Positions 17,063 through 31,272 of a stretch of 64,000 bases of DNA are shown in pieces (position 1 is the first letter of the stretch; each line of letters starts with the position of its first letter). The DNA lies in assembly GCF_025526975.1 (NCBI RefSeq), contig NW_026515673.1:62001-126000 (forward strand). The letters run 5' to 3'. Position numbers and translations under genes: made by a program. The notes below the pieces were generated by a model, which made no database searches, was not told the origin of the DNA, and saw nothing but the letters and a program-made list of their open reading frames with translations. The DNA is from Fimicolochytrium jonesii. Its lineage: Eukaryota.

Positions 17063-19147
17063 GCTGCAGCTTCAAAGACTTCTTCCTCTCCATAGGCAGA
17101 GACCCTGCAACGGATCAGACAATCGCTCTCACGCGTCGCTCGCCTTGGTCAGATAGGAAATTCTTACTACATCAGCTCGTCGAAGTAGACAATAGCAGCC
17201 TTTCACAGTCACTCTCCTGACGCTCCCGGGTATCAATGTAGTAGATGTATGCAGCCCGTTATCACATACCGTCGCAGATGTTGAAGATAAAGGACGATGC
17301 CTGCATTCATCTTTTGCAGTTCTTCCTTACTTGTATGACCTTGCCTGGCCTCGGAGTGTTGGGGTGGCTCGCCACATTTAACCTCCGCAGGAACAAGGTA
17401 CCTATAAGCTATAACTACCGGCGAAATGAAGAGCCCGTCCCATCTTACCTACCAGCCATCACCTGTCTGCATCCTTCGGCCGAGACCCCGCAAGGGGTTG
17501 ACGAGTGGGGGCACCCTGGAGGCGTTATCGACCCCTGCGCGGAGGGACGGAGCGAAAAGCTCCAGCGGTGTTGGTTATGTAGCGACGATGACTCAAGGCT
17601 TCCCAGAGAACGGAAAGAATGGAGCGATATAGTGAAGTAAACAAAATGGACGTAAGGCCAGGTCATGGCGCCCCTGCGCGGAGGAGTGGAGGGGGCAGGC
17701 CGACAACTTGAGACGACGCGACTTCATGATGACTAAGCAAGGTATTGACAGCTGAACCCATTGTGGTCACTTCTAGAAGCTCTCGGACCCACGGACGGGT
17801 GATGATGCGCAATGGATTGTGCAATGATAACCCCCGTTGATCCTGGCTGCACACCGCAGCATACGAATCTTGGACTTTGTGCCGATCGATTGTATAAATA
17901 TAAAGGAGATCGGGATGATAGAAAGTATGTCGATCGCTTTGAAAACTTTACAGTGAAGCTTAGAATGAAGCGCCCCCTTTAAGTGGGGCCCCGTGGCTCA
18001 ATTGGTAGAATGACGAGGGTACGGGGCGACATCATGCACACAATCCGCGTTTGGCAGTCGTAAAAAAGCCATGAAGCGCACATACCGGAGGGCCAGATAC
18101 CCTCCCGATTATTACCAGCAGCTAGGAATGACGCTGTAAGTATATGATGGCGTGCACCCGCCACGTATAGGGCTGTGAGACCCGCAGGATACCAATTGTG
18201 CATTTTCGGGATACGATTTCTCCCATCTGTACATAATTGTTGCCCAACCCTCCTTTATGGCGCCTTTCGTCGGGAGACCTTCAACCTGCGATTGAGATAC
18301 GGTGGATAGTACGTAGAACGCTTCTCCGAGAGACACCCAGGCACACATTTACGCCCCCACAGTGAGTAACACGATGGTAACGTTTGCGCCAACAATTCCA
18401 CATTGAACTTAAAAGCCGAGACGTTGACTTCATGGAACTCTTTTATTTTTGCCGCACAGCTTCCGTCGCCGGAAAGGAGCCCTAACACTGAGCGGGCATT
18501 CGCAACGAGGACGACCATCGGCCACCCAGAGGCAGAAGAGCATATTGCGGATCAGGTAAGACGGTGTGCGGAAACTGTCAGTGCCCGTCATTATGGAGCC
18601 ATGGCCCTGCGGTGAACGACCACAACTGAGGCATGGTTTTTTATTTGATGGCGCGAAGGAAGGATCGGCGCAGACGGAGGGCTGCAAAGTTGGACGACGA
18701 GGGCAACGGTGGCCTCGCATATCTATGTGATGTGTGGGATGGATGGGAGGGAGGGCTCGCTGTTGCCGGTGACTGAATGAATGGATGAAGGAGGGTTGAA
18801 TGTGAATGCGTGCCGTAGGCTTGTCAAGATCAATGTGAGAAAAGCCACAAGGAGGGGCCAACTTTTTGCTCCTTTGAGCATTGACCATCGCAATTTGCAA
18901 CTGGAGGGGTCTACTCGGCAGACTATTGGAAGGGCCCAATGAGCGAGCACCAGCACCTGCTCTCAACTGGCTGTCGTTGGACGGCAGACCTCCAACAGCT
19001 GAATCCTCATCGGCAGCGCAGCCTCCTCACCGGTCGACCCCGTCATGCACTGGAAGGGGTCTATCGGGATTCTTCACCATCGCCTATCCACAAAGGGTCT
19101 AACTTTCTTCTCCCTTTTCGCCCTCATTATCTCTCTTTCTATTCGAT

Positions 19148-22100
19148 ATGTCCGGAGGAAAGAAACGACAACGATCGCCCAGCAAAGGGTGGTTCTCTCG
19201 GGGGGATTCCTACTCGCTTGAGGGCATTCCTCACTGTGACCGGGAGAATCCTTCTCTTCCAGGACGGGACTTTCGCAGCTACAGTCAGCAACACTCGGCC
19301 AGTCTCGCTGCGGCGTACGACCAGCTTGTCACTGGTCAATTGCAGCCGCCTTCTTCCAAGCGCCGGAAAGGCGGACTCTCCGCTTCAGCGGCGGCAACAG
19401 AGGCTACAGACGGACGGCGACCAGGAATGACGCAGACGGTCGGTATGGATGGGCATAGTGGTCGAGGCTCTTGTGTGGCAAATCCTTTTCGAGCTGGACC
19501 CGAGGCTACGGAATCTCAGTCACGACGGCCCGTAACAGGGCTATTATTAGACCACGCTCCAGAGTCGACTTTATTGGCAAGCCGGCGACGTCGCAGTATT
19601 CCTCGCTTGACGAACCTTCCCGCCTTCACGTCGCAAGGATCATCGTCACAAGCTGCATCGTTTACGAACGAAAACTCTCTGCCCACGAAAATCCCAACAC
19701 CCAGCCCCGCGCGACCCATGCTAGATACCGTCTCATTATTTGCTAGCGCACTGAACGTCAGTTTGGTCGACCCTCTGACCGACTTGACTTTGATCGCACA
19801 AGACTCGTGCCACACGACTGCTACTTACAGGGGTCGTCTTGGACATATACCCGTGCTTGTCAAAGCCGCGTCTCAGGATGGGCCAAGAGGCGTAGAAGCG
19901 GTCGCTCAATTGCGCCACGAGTACAATATCATCAAACATTTGCTTGTCGATCGATCGGCCCAGATGTTATCGCCGCCAGCTACACGCATCAGGCAATCTC
20001 CGGCTGATGGATTCGGAGCTGCGGCCTCACTCACACCAGGGATGTCGACGTCTTCGTCTTCCCTATATAAAAGTGCTCACGAAGGCATGATCGCCTTACC
20101 AGATGCTATCTTTCCACTGGAGTCGCCAGGCACTGCCTCGTCCGCTGAGGGCTACTTTGCAATGCCACGGCAACGAAGTTCAAATGGACTGGTCCCAAAC
20201 GTGCAAACGGCTATCATCCCTCCTTTCCCTTTCTCGTCATCAGCACAAGGGCTGTTGCTGCCCTTCCCCGATTACTCGGAGTTCACCCTCCACGGCATTT
20301 TGGAACGACGCGGAAAACCATTTCCTGTGCTGGCTGCGCTGAAATTGATTCAGCAGATCGGAATGGCTCTCGTATTCATCCACGACGGCGGCATTACCCA
20401 CAAAGTGAGTAAAACACTCAGCCTACAACGTTTCCGGATCACGGGATGAATATTGATTTTCTTCCATTTTCCAGAACCTCTCGTCTTCGTCCATCGTTGC
20501 AGCACCGAAAGCACCGTCCGACCCGGAATGCGAAGATTTCGATGTGCGCATTGTAGATTTTGGACACGCTTCGCGATTAGAAACGGAAAAATATAGCGTG
20601 AACCTCAATCCGGGGATGTCACCTGTTGGACTGGAAGGCGACTTGGCGTATATGGCACCGGAGGCAACAGGGCGGACCAGTAGATCGCTGGACTACCGCG
20701 CCGATTTCTACTCCCTCGGATGTGTCTTCTACGAACTCCTGACGATGCAGACGCCATTCAAATCATCGGATTTGGGTCCTGCCGAATTGGTATTCGCTCA
20801 TCTTGCACGCTCTCCACCGCCATTACCGGATAGCATTCATCCGAAATGCGCAGAAATGGTCTTCAAAATGCTTTCGAAGAACGCTGAGGACAGATATCAG
20901 CACGCGATGGGTATTTCTGCCGATTGCAACCGACTCAGTACGCTGCTTCGTCGAACGCACCACCGGAATGGCACGGTCGCACACAATCATCGAGGTCTCG
21001 CTCGCTTTACTCCCGGCATATACGATGCTAGATCGCGGCTGGTGTTCCCAAACAAATTGTACGGGCGCGAGGAGGAGATACAGAAGTTGCTGGATTCGCT
21101 GGAAATCACTCGTAAGGGACGTCCGGTTCTGTGTTCGGTGGGAGGATATTCCGGTGTGGGAAAATCTGCTTTGATTTCCGAAATCCACACACCGGTCGTA
21201 ACGGGCGGGTCGTGGTTTGCGGCGTCGAAAGTGGATCAGTTCTCGGCGCGGCTACCTTTCCACAGCTTTATTCAGGCGTTTCGGGAATTGGTGGCAAACA
21301 TCTTGGCGTCGCCCGTCGAGCTGTTGGATGCATTTCGAGCGAAGTTCGATGAGTTGATTGGAGCGGATGGGCTGGGGGGAATCATCGTCCAGATCTGCCC
21401 GCAGCTGGAACAGGTGGTCGGTTTGCAGCCCGTTGCGGCCAATCTGGAACAGGCGCAAAGAAAGCAGCGGTTCATCACCGTCATGCTGAAATTCATTCAG
21501 GTGTTCACGTCCCTTCCTTCGAACATCGGCGATGATCGGCGAATGTTGGTCCTAGTCTTGGATGATATGCAGTGGGCGGATACAGGGACTCTCAACATGA
21601 TTAGCTCGATCATGTCGGATCCGGAGAAGAGTCTTGGCGGCGTACTTCTCATATTAGCATACCGGAACAACGAAGTCGACAAACTGCACCCACTGTCCGA
21701 AATCCTTACCTCCTTACGCAAAGCCCCGGATGTCCAACGGTACTTGATTGAAATCGAATTAAAGCCGTTGGATCCAACAGCAGTAGCTGAACTCATAGCC
21801 GACACTCTCGGATGGGAAAAGGCGAGGCGCGTCCCGTCGATCACTCACAGCTCTTCAGCTTTGGCCCGGAGTGCGTCCGAGTCGAGCGACTCGGACACGT
21901 CGGATCATGAGACTTCCTCAGCCGCTGGGAGTAGCTACGGGAGTCTGCCAGGGACCCCGTCGGCGTCGGCGCATGGCTCGTTCTCTTCGCTTCCAGGAAA
22001 GGAGGAGGCACCGCCTGCGAAAGCCATGAGCTTGACGAAGCTAGTGCATGCTCAGACGGCGGGGAATCCGTTTTTTTTGTTGCAGGTATGTGCGTTCTTC

Positions 22101-25100
22101 TGTTGTCTGCACATTCGGCAGGACTTCTCGATTTACGGTTCCGTACAATACTGACCCCTTTTCATTACAGCTGTTGAAAAGCTTCCATCAGACTGACAGC
22201 CTGACCTTCAACTGGACGAAACGGAAATGGATCTGGGACCCGGCCTCAGTTTCGGAGGCAGGACTGGCGGAAAACGTGGTTGACTTCATGGTCACGCAAA
22301 TGCGCAAGTTGACGCTTAATGGACAACGCGTGCTCAGTCTCGCGGCCTGTATAGGAGACACATTCAACCTGTTTATGATCAGCAAGCTGCACGAGAAGCC
22401 GGTGGATGCGACAGTGACGGAGCTGTGGGAAGGCGTTGAAGGGGGCTATATCGTTCCTCTGGATCAATCCTACAAAGTCCCGTTGGCATTGTCCGGTTAC
22501 GCTGGCTCTGAGCATTTACAGGGTGGTACCGCCCACATTCGCGTCAATTACAAGTTTCAGCATGGTATGTACATACCGCTACTACGTAAGTGAAGCCATC
22601 ATCAGGAAAACGCTGATGCATTTCCCACTCCATAGATCGTGTGCAGCAAGCGGCCATGTTGCTTCTCAGTGAAGAAGAACGAGTGCAAACTCATCTGAAG
22701 GTCGGCCAGCTCCTCATCATGTACACGCCACCAAACGAGGTGCAGGACCGCATTTTTGAGATCGTAAATCAGCTCAACAAGGGGCAATCCCTGATCACGT
22801 CCGAGCGAGCCCGTGAGGAATGCGCAAAGTATAACTGCATGGCCGGAACGAAAGCGAAAGACGCCGCGTTTGCAGATACCGCTTCGGAGTACTTCAAGGT
22901 CGGGCTGGAGATGTTGGGCGGCGAGGAAGCTAGCTGGGGGCGGAACTACGATCTCGCTAAACAGCTGCACTTGGATCTCATTGAGGCGGAGTACAATTGC
23001 TGCCGATACACGAGGGCCAAAGATCTCATAGATAACGCGAAACTGAACCTCCGCAACGTAACCGAGAAGGCTCAACTTGGGCTCATCGAGGTGAAGTACT
23101 GGACAAGTCAAGGGTTGACGCAAGAAGCCATCGCGACGGGCCTGGATGTTCTGACTGTTTTGGGGTGCCCCATCCCGCCAGCGGGTAGTCCGGAAGTGGA
23201 TGCACTCCGGGCGGGACTGGACCTGACCGATGCGGAGATTCAGCATTTGGAGCATGCCCGGATGATGGACGAGAATGAAAACACGGCGAAGGCTCTGGAG
23301 ATGATGTCTGCATTGATACCCCCGATTTACTTTGGAGCGCCTGAGCTACTTGTTCCTCTTATCCTCACTATGGTTCGCATCAGTGTGGACAACGGAAATA
23401 CGGCGAGCAGCTGTTATGGCTACATTCTCTACGGTCTACTCCTGTGTGGTGTCTACCAGGAGATGACCAAAGGCTATGTTTGGGGATGTGTCGGAAAGAA
23501 CCTTGTATCTGACCACTGGGAGAACGATCCCATCAAGTGCCAGGTTTACAAAGTGTTCGCCTCGCACATTCAACCTTGGACCGAGCCGGTACGGGAATGC
23601 ATGCAGAGTTACAAAATCGCATGGAACCATGGTTTGGCCACGTGCAACTTCGAATACATGGGATACGCCGCGACCGAGGATATGATGTACTCTGTCCTGT
23701 CTGGAGAGAATCTGAGCGAAATCGACGAAAAGAGCACGCAGCAGGCCAATAAGGTCTATGAACAAAAGCAGGCCATTGGATCGGCCTACATCCGCATCAC
23801 CCACCAGCTTGTCAAGACTTTGATTGGGAATCCCGAGGCTGAGCCAAAGGACACAACGATGTTGGTCGGGGAGGTCTTTGATGAACGCACGATGCTCACC
23901 CCAGAGGTTCAAAAGATGCAGCTGTGTATTTTTGCGTATCACTGCTACAAGCTTATCCTGGCCTACGTCTTTCGCGAGTACGATCAAGCGGTGGAGCAAG
24001 CAGCCCTCGCTGAAAGCGTCGTGGCTGGCGGTGTTGGTCTCCTTCTCGTCGCGGAACTCAGCTTTTATCAGTCACTAGCCCTGCTGGCTGTCGCTGACAT
24101 CGACAGTCCATCCTGGCCGGCCGCGGAGGAGACAGTGATCCGGAATCAGAAGCAGATGCAGGTGTATGCGGACAGTGCGCCTGGAAACTTCCTGCACAAG
24201 TACAAGCTTGTACAAGCGGAGTACGAGCGGGTTGCGGGCAATAAGTATGTCGCTATGGAGTTGTACGATGAAGCTATCGCCATGGCGCGCACGAACCGGT
24301 TCACGCACGAAGAAGCACTGGCTAGCGAGCTCGCGGCTGAGTATTACGCGGCAGCAGGGAAAATGAACGTCGCCGGGGCGTACGCCGCGGACGCGTTTTA
24401 CGCGTATGTGCTCTGGGGCAGCAAAGCGAAAACCGCGCAGTTGCAGAGTATGGGTGGCATGTGGAGCTGGCTTAGTGCGGGGAGAACTTCGAAGATCGAG
24501 GAAAAGCATGACGAGATTGACATAGAAGCTTTGTTGGTAAGTGCGGAATGGCGATCGATCTGCGTGTGTTGAATCAAGTGCTTACAAGGGGTCTGGCTGT
24601 CGCACTAGAATGCAACCAGGGCTATATCGACGGAGATTGTTTTCCCGCGCCTTGTCAAGCAAGTCATCGCCAATATCATCCGCAACACCGGCGCCTCGCG
24701 GGCGTTCTTGATGCAAGTGCGCGACCATGATCTGGTCCTGGTGTCGTCTGGATCTCTCGCAGTGCGCAACCCCAATGAGGCCACTACGAACCCGAATGCT
24801 CTTGACGAGATGTCCGATGCACCCAAAGCGGGCGATCAGGCCGCGAACGGCACTCCACGTCCTTCCGTGGCAGCCGTTGATGGACAACCTGCATCACAAA
24901 CGTCGTCAAGTAGCTACTTCTCCGGTGCCAATGGGTCGAAGCTTGACATCAAAGTCACCGAGTCCGCCATCTCCATCACCGACGCCTCAGCCGAAGTACC
25001 AGCGTGCCTTATCAACTATGTTTACCGGACCCAACAGGTTGCAATGAGCACATGTCTGCCGGACTCGTTACGGCGAGCATGCCTCGTTGAGCCCTGTTTG

Positions 25101-27451
25101 AGAATGCGAAAACCGCAGTCTTTACTTTGCACGCCCGTTCTCTTGCAGGGCAAAATGACGGCTATCCTCTATCTGGAGAACGACTTGATCGCTGGAGCCT
25201 TTACGGAATCGCGTCTCAAGATCTTGCAGATTCTTGTCTCCACGGCGGCTGCAGCGCTCGAGAATGCATCGCTGTACAAGCGCCTCCAAGATTATAGCTT
25301 TAACCTGTCGAATATGGTTGAACAGCGCACGAAGCAGTTGCAGGAAAAGAATGCAATCCTGGAGGTTGAAGTTCAGGAAAGGATCAAAGCGCAACAGGAC
25401 ACGCACGAGGCGCTGGAGATGGCAAAGGCTGCAACTTTGGCGAAGAGTAGCTTCCTGGCAAATATGAGTCATGAGATAAGAACGCCAATGAATGCTATCA
25501 TCGGTATGGCGAATTGCTTGTTGGAAAGCGGCCTCAACACGCTGCAGGAGGATTACGCGAACATCATTCACACATCCGGAGATGAACTGCTGAGCATTAT
25601 CAACGATATCCTGGACTTCAGCAAAATCGAGAGCGGGAAGCTGGATTTGGAAGAAGTTCCATTTTCTCTTCGCACCTGTATAGAAGGTGCCTTAGACCTA
25701 CTTGTGCCCAAAGCAGCGGAGAGGAATTTGGAGCTCCTCTATGTCAATAACGACGAACCTGGTACCTTTGTTGGAGATCCCACTCGTTTGAGGCAGATCC
25801 TCGTCAATCTGCTGTCCAACGCCGTCAAGGTGAGTCTTCGTTTTCGTTTTTGTTTACGGTCGCGCTGTGGCGATTTTCCTGACGCTGTTGAACCTACGCT
25901 TTTTAGTTTACAACCAATGGCGAAGTGGTGGTATCGGTGGAGAACAGACGGCTGGATCAGGCGGGGGACACGCCGATGGAAGAAGGCTTCTACGAAATCA
26001 CCTTGAAAGTAAAGGATACTGGGATAGGCATCCCGGCCGATCGCATGCATCGCCTGTTCCAGAGTTTTTCGCAGGTCGATTCAAGCACAACTCGTACTCA
26101 TGGAGGTACAGGATTGGGCTTGGTGATCAGCAAACGACTTGCCGAAATGATGGGTGGAACGATGTGGGTAGAATCTGAGAGTGGTGTGGGATCCACATTC
26201 TTTTTCACCATCCGCGTGCGAGCAGCGCCAGATGTGGACGCCGACGCCGTTGACCATATGCAGATATTGCAGGGCAAAGGCGTGCTCGTCGTGGACGATA
26301 ACCGAACCAATCGCCGGATTTTGGAGCAATTCTGTTCCAGCTGGGGTATGCGTGTCAAATGCGTGGGTAGCGGAGAGGAAGCTCTCAAGGCGTTGGAGAC
26401 GGACTCCGGATTCGATTTGGCTTTACTGGATATGATCATGCCCAATATGGACGGATACACCCTCGCCACTCGCATACGTCACCTGAGTCAGAAGCCGAAG
26501 ACCATGCCCTTGGTGCTCTTGACCTCTATGGGCTGCCGTTTCGGAGAAGAGGAAAAGCAAATAGCGCAATTCTCCGCGATGATGATCAAGCCCATCAAAA
26601 AGCTTCGCCTAAAACAGCAACTGGTCGAAATGTTCCTGCGATTGGAACGGATGTCACTGTCGCCAGTAAAAACTCACCCATCCACTCCGTTGACCCCTTT
26701 GAAGTCTCCGAGCGTTCAAGAGCTCGTCGATGAAGAAACAATCGGGGTCAATGGCAATTCGTCACCCACACCCGACGTGAAGCCCCGACATCCAGATACA
26801 CTGGATCATCAACGGAAACAGGGATCGTTCTTGATATTTGGGCCCAGCACCATCGAAGAGACACCTAAGGCTAGCCCGAAGATCACCAAACGCCGGTTAC
26901 AAAGCGGAAAGCGTGGGTCTTCCACCGAAGACTTAGAATTGCTGCAGCGGGCGAAAATCCTTCTAGCCGAAGACAACCCTATTAACCAGAAGGTCGCCGT
27001 TCACATGCTAAAGCGCGTGGGCATCACGATGGACATTGTGGAAAACGGAAAGCTAGCCCTTGAGGCCGTTATGAAATCACATTATGATTTGGTTCTCATG
27101 GATCACATGATGCCCGTCATGGACGGCCTCACAAGCACTCGGCTCATTCGGTCGAGTTTGCCGCCTGATCAACAACCTCGCATCATCTCATTGACCGCCA
27201 ATGCGATGATGGGCGATCGCGAGGCGTCTCTGGCCGCTGGTAGCGATGAGTACTGCAGCAAGCCCATCAAGTTGGATGCGCTGCTCGACGCAATGCTGCG
27301 GTGTCTTGACCCGGACGACGCTGCTAACTCGTCACCGGACATGAAACCCATCAGAGAGGAGCCTGCAAGAGCTCGCTCGCAGAACCATTCGCGGCGCCCA
27401 TCTGCCAGTGCGCTTCCCCCTCTACCGCAGCGGTCGAAGACCGACGGATGA
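19148..27451 (+). CDS. Hybrid histidine kinase, STK-like/AAA ATPase/TPR-like/GAF/HisKA/HATPase/2xREC (group X, Chk1/Mak2-3-like), multi-exon
   Basis: IVDFG and AYMAPEATG (kinase fold); LYGREEE, GYSGVGKS and LDDMQWAD (AAA); GAF with LYLEN; H-box FLANMSHEIRTPMNAIIG; NLLSNAVK, DTGIGI, FSQVD and GGTGLGL; receivers LLDMIMPNMDG and LMDHMMPVMDG. Confidence 0.95.
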
Positions 27452-28235
27452 GGGTAGATGTTGCGACGATGCCCTGCCTTTCTCCCTATCGCTGCATAGT
27501 TGGGAGTTTGAGCCAGTGCGAACGCAACCGGACCTCGTATAAGTCCGGCTCGTGCCCGACATCGAGTGGAGCACCACCTCTTAGGGAGTTCCCAACTTTT
27601 TGATGCCGCCATCCATGCGTCGACTACGACATTCTCCCCCAATGGCGCTCACATGGCCTGTCCTTGAGGCAGCTTCGCCTAACAACATTTCGATAGCCAC
27701 ATGTTTTCACGTTCTCTCCGCGCGTACATCCATTAATCACCGCCACTTCAACTTCCGTCCAACCTCCCGCTCATAGAGACGAGATACGTTCACACCCTTC
27801 CTGTACCTTTTTGTCATTTTTGGATCATTCAGCATATTGTTCTTCACCCTCAACCTGTTTTCATATGATACCCCGGCTTTGCACTTTTGCTCTGCTTCGA
27901 TAATGTTCTACCTTCTCATGTCTATGTAATTCATCTTTTGACTGCTTTGAACCATGGGTTGTTTATATAGTGTCATCATTATTGGCCGTGGTTTACCTAA
28001 TGTCGAAACTGTATACCGCTAGATCACATTCACGTTGCTCCTTTATGGACAGTTTACCGGCAGACATACAGGAAGCCCCTTCTTCCAGAATCAGCTTCTG
28101 GTCGGTTTCATCCTATATATTATCGATAGAGCTCGACGTCCTCCACTCAACATCGATGAATGTGAAGCTAGGTGTGAACGCCGGCTCAGCCTCTCTTTCA
28201 CACTTCGGACAATAATGGCCGGTTTGACAGACGTA

Positions 28236-29602
28236 CAGTCAGTGGACATAAAGCTGTGTGCATGCCAGATTAAGTCAGTGTCTGACGCGCGTTGCGCGAC
28301 ATCAACTCATCATCCTTAATCTTGGGGCATTGCGAAACCTGACCTAAATGAATGGATCTAGATCTGAATTTTGCTAATACCTAGTTGTCCCCCCATTGGC
28401 TGCGATTACGGCTGCCATGCTTGATGGCATTGACCGTGTCAATGCATCAAGATGCGGCTGCATTGTGGGCCATATAGTTTGCACAACGTTGTCCAACATT
28501 CCAGGGGTAGGGTTCGCTTTCGATACCTTCCGTTTGAGCATTGCCCACAGATTCTCAATCGGATTGAGATCTGGACTCTGCGCTGGCCAGGGAAGAAGCT
28601 CAATGCCGTGTTCATCAAAGAACTGTCGAGTTTCAGCCGATGTATGAATAGGGGCGTTGTCCTGCATGAAGAGAGGATTGGGAAGAAAAATCTCTAGATT
28701 CCGCCACATCGGCAACATGTTAGCAGTAAGATGTTGCACATAGGCAGTAGAGTTAATCCCTCCACGGTTTTGACCCTCTCGCTGAACACGCTGCATCTCT
28801 TTCATTGGACCTACTGCATTTCCAATGAATGCTCCCCAGTACATGAATGTTTTTTGTCCACTCTTCCTGGTGCCCTGGATGCAATCGGGATGAAAACGTT
28901 CAGTTCGTAAGCGCCAGCACCGCATTTTAGGTACCCAGCCAATTTCAAAGGACGTCTCATCAGTCCAGAAAACACGAGACCAGTCCGCTTCCATCCAGTC
29001 TTGGTGCTGCAGTGCAAATGCAAGGCGTGCTGCTTTATGGTCCTCTGTCAATAGTGGCTTTCGGACCTTGAAACGCGAGGTGAGATAGAGCAGGTCCCGT
29101 AGGTAGCGACGCACTGTTTTTGCAGACACCTGGAGTCCGGTGAGCTGTGTGAATTCAAAAGTGATCTGTTTTAGTGTTTTCTCCCGAGTGCTACTGTCAG
29201 CAACGACAATACTGCGGAAGGCAGCCAAATCATCGTCAGAAGGCTGGTACTTAGCTGGTCTTCCTGTTGGCTTCTTCGATTGATAGGCGGTTGGTGCAGT
29301 GGCACTCTCGTTCGCAAACCTCTTAATAGTGTTCCTCACAGTATTCCTGTGAACGTGCTCCTGCCTTGCAATTTCAGATGTCGTCTTGCCTGCTATATGG
29401 AGGGCAACTATGGCTGCCCTTTTTTGTGGTGTGAGAGGTTTCCCCATAGCTGAGGTGGTGAAGATGTTGGCGTGCATTTCGCCATCACGGCTTCGTCGCT
29501 GGCTTCAATACTCAAGCTTGCGGCTCCAAAACGCGCGGTGCGCTTTGTGAAACGGTCATTGAAATCCATATGGGGTGCACACAGCTTTTTGTCCACCGAC
29601 TG
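28236..29602 (-). mobile_element. Complete Tc1-family DNA transposon (1367 bp) with 27-bp TIRs and TA target-site duplication
   Basis: Left end TA|CAGTCAGTGGACATAAAGCTGTGTGCA (28236-28262). The right end reverse-complements to TA|CAGTCGGTGGACAAAAAGCTGTGTGCA (2 mismatches). TA at 28234-28235 and 29603-29604. Confidence 0.95.
28374..29447 (-). CDS. Tc1 transposase, DD34E, intact ORF
   Basis: N-terminal HTH, TGRP, KPLLTEDHKAARLAFA, WTDETSF, FMQDNAPIH and WPAQSPDLNPIENLW, with 34 residues between the second D and the E. Confidence 0.96.
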   Translation of the reverse strand: MGKPLTPQKRAAIVALHIAGKTTSEIARQEHVHRNTVRNTIKRFANESATAPTAYQSKKPTGRPAKYQPSDDDLAAFRSIVVADSSTREKTLKQITFEFTQLTGLQVSAKTVRRYLRDLLYLTSRFKVRKPLLTEDHKAARLAFALQHQDWMEADWSRVFWTDETSFEIGWVPKMRCWRLRTERFHPDCIQGTRKSGQKTFMYWGAFIGNAVGPMKEMQRVQREGQNRGGINSTAYVQHLTANMLPMWRNLEIFLPNPLFMQDNAPIHTSAETRQFFDEHGIELLPWPAQSPDLNPIENLWAMLKRKVSKANPTPGMLDNVVQTIWPTMQPHLDALTRSMPSSMAAVIAANGGTTRY

Positions 29603-31272
29603 TACTTCCCATTTATGGAGACATCTCGTTCCTTTTCTTTTTTCCGGCATTTTCTCATGGTGTGTGCAGACTGAGTCTCATTGCCATCGTCATCATAATT
29701 CATAAGACCCCCCAAGTCTTGAAGACCAGCCAGCGACAACGATATGCATCAGAACAAAACCTATCCCCAAGAATTGGTCGGACATATGCTTGTCTCATAG
29801 TTTTGTGAAGTATTGTCATCATCGCATAACGTTGTCACTTTGGCAAGGTAGCGCCTTTCGTGTCATATACGTGAACAAAGCCCGACGGGAAGAAAGGCCC
29901 TTTTCGCGCATGTTGACGCAGATGCGACGAAGAGACGGACACCGGCGCTTTACCCTTTGATTGCCTTATGCAGAGGAATATCGAACCTGAGATGCAGAAC
30001 GAAATAAGGGAGTAATGGTAAGTGTTTGCTTTCGAAAACGTTTACCACGAAGTCAAATACATTGACGGTGATCAGTTTTGGCATGAATGTATAGTAGTAG
30101 TTTTTTTCAGCATCGAGAAACTCGAATCTGACTCGTCATCTAGAGTTCATCAATTCACCCAAGAGTCCGCCGGCATAGGAGCCCGGTACTCACCATTCAG
30201 TAGGCCTTGATAACGGAACCAACGACGGGTGTAGCGATAGAGAATCTGCCGATGATGGGAAGACATGATGAGTATGCGCAAACCGGCATATCGTCGAACA
30301 TAACAACTGGATTGGTAACCATCAGCTATGCACTAATCTACATAATGTTTCAGTGCCCAGTGCTAAAGGCGTCGCCATAATGTCAGTTAGGCGACGCCAT
30401 CACGCGGCTCCTTCCGGTTGCGTTGTGTGAGATGGAGGCTCTTACTCACCACTACTGAGAGAACGACGAACACGAACGTCGAAAGCGGGATGGGGGTAAT
30501 AAGGCAAGCCTATCGAGCAAAAGAAGATCGATAAATAAGATGATTCTAGATGGTCAGACGCAATCAAAACCATTCCGTGGGAGCTCAGTAATCCTTTTTC
30601 ACAGCAGGATGCATCAGACGGTAATTCCATTTTGCGTAGTTGTTTGCCAGGATAACTCATCTTCGCTGACCCACGGAAGGCAGACATTGATATCAAAACG
30701 CACCTTATTCTCACATCCCTCGCCCAAACCGTTCGAGGACAGCACTCTTGATGGATCCAAACGATGCCTGCGCACGGAGACAGTGGGTTAGATTGGAGCA
30801 CAGGCAAAGGTACATGAGAGCCGAGAGAGCTCTGCCAGGATGCCAGGAAGTTCAGAGACGCGACTATCGTCATTACCCTTATTGGGTTTGGAGACTCTAG
30901 TTTGTATTGATCTTGTCATGGATCATCAAGACGTCGCTCGCAAGCTGGCAGGCTAGCCGGTGGCGGCAAACAAACAACAACAATGACCTACCATTCTGAG
31001 TGTTGAGCCGAAACAGCTAGCTGTGAGATTGCGGAGAGTGGTGTGGGAATGTCTAGGGAAATCAAAAGTTGGAAGCGCCTTTTTGTAGTGCGCGAGAAAT
31101 GAGGGAAGTGGCGCAGCAAAGAAAAGATGTGGCGTTGATGTGGCCCAGTGTTGTTAGCCTGGGTAATCAATTACGTACGCACACAAACGCGACAAACGCG
31201 TCAAGAGAGCACGTCGCACGAGACTTCGAACAGCACTTCAAAGTTTCAACTACCATATCCATTGAAGACAAT

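Noticed and set aside
17985..18027. tRNA-like start GGCCCCGTGGCTCAATTGGTAGA with a 7-bp stem
   Set aside because: No anticodon arm, T-arm or B-box follows, so it cannot be called a tRNA or SINE.
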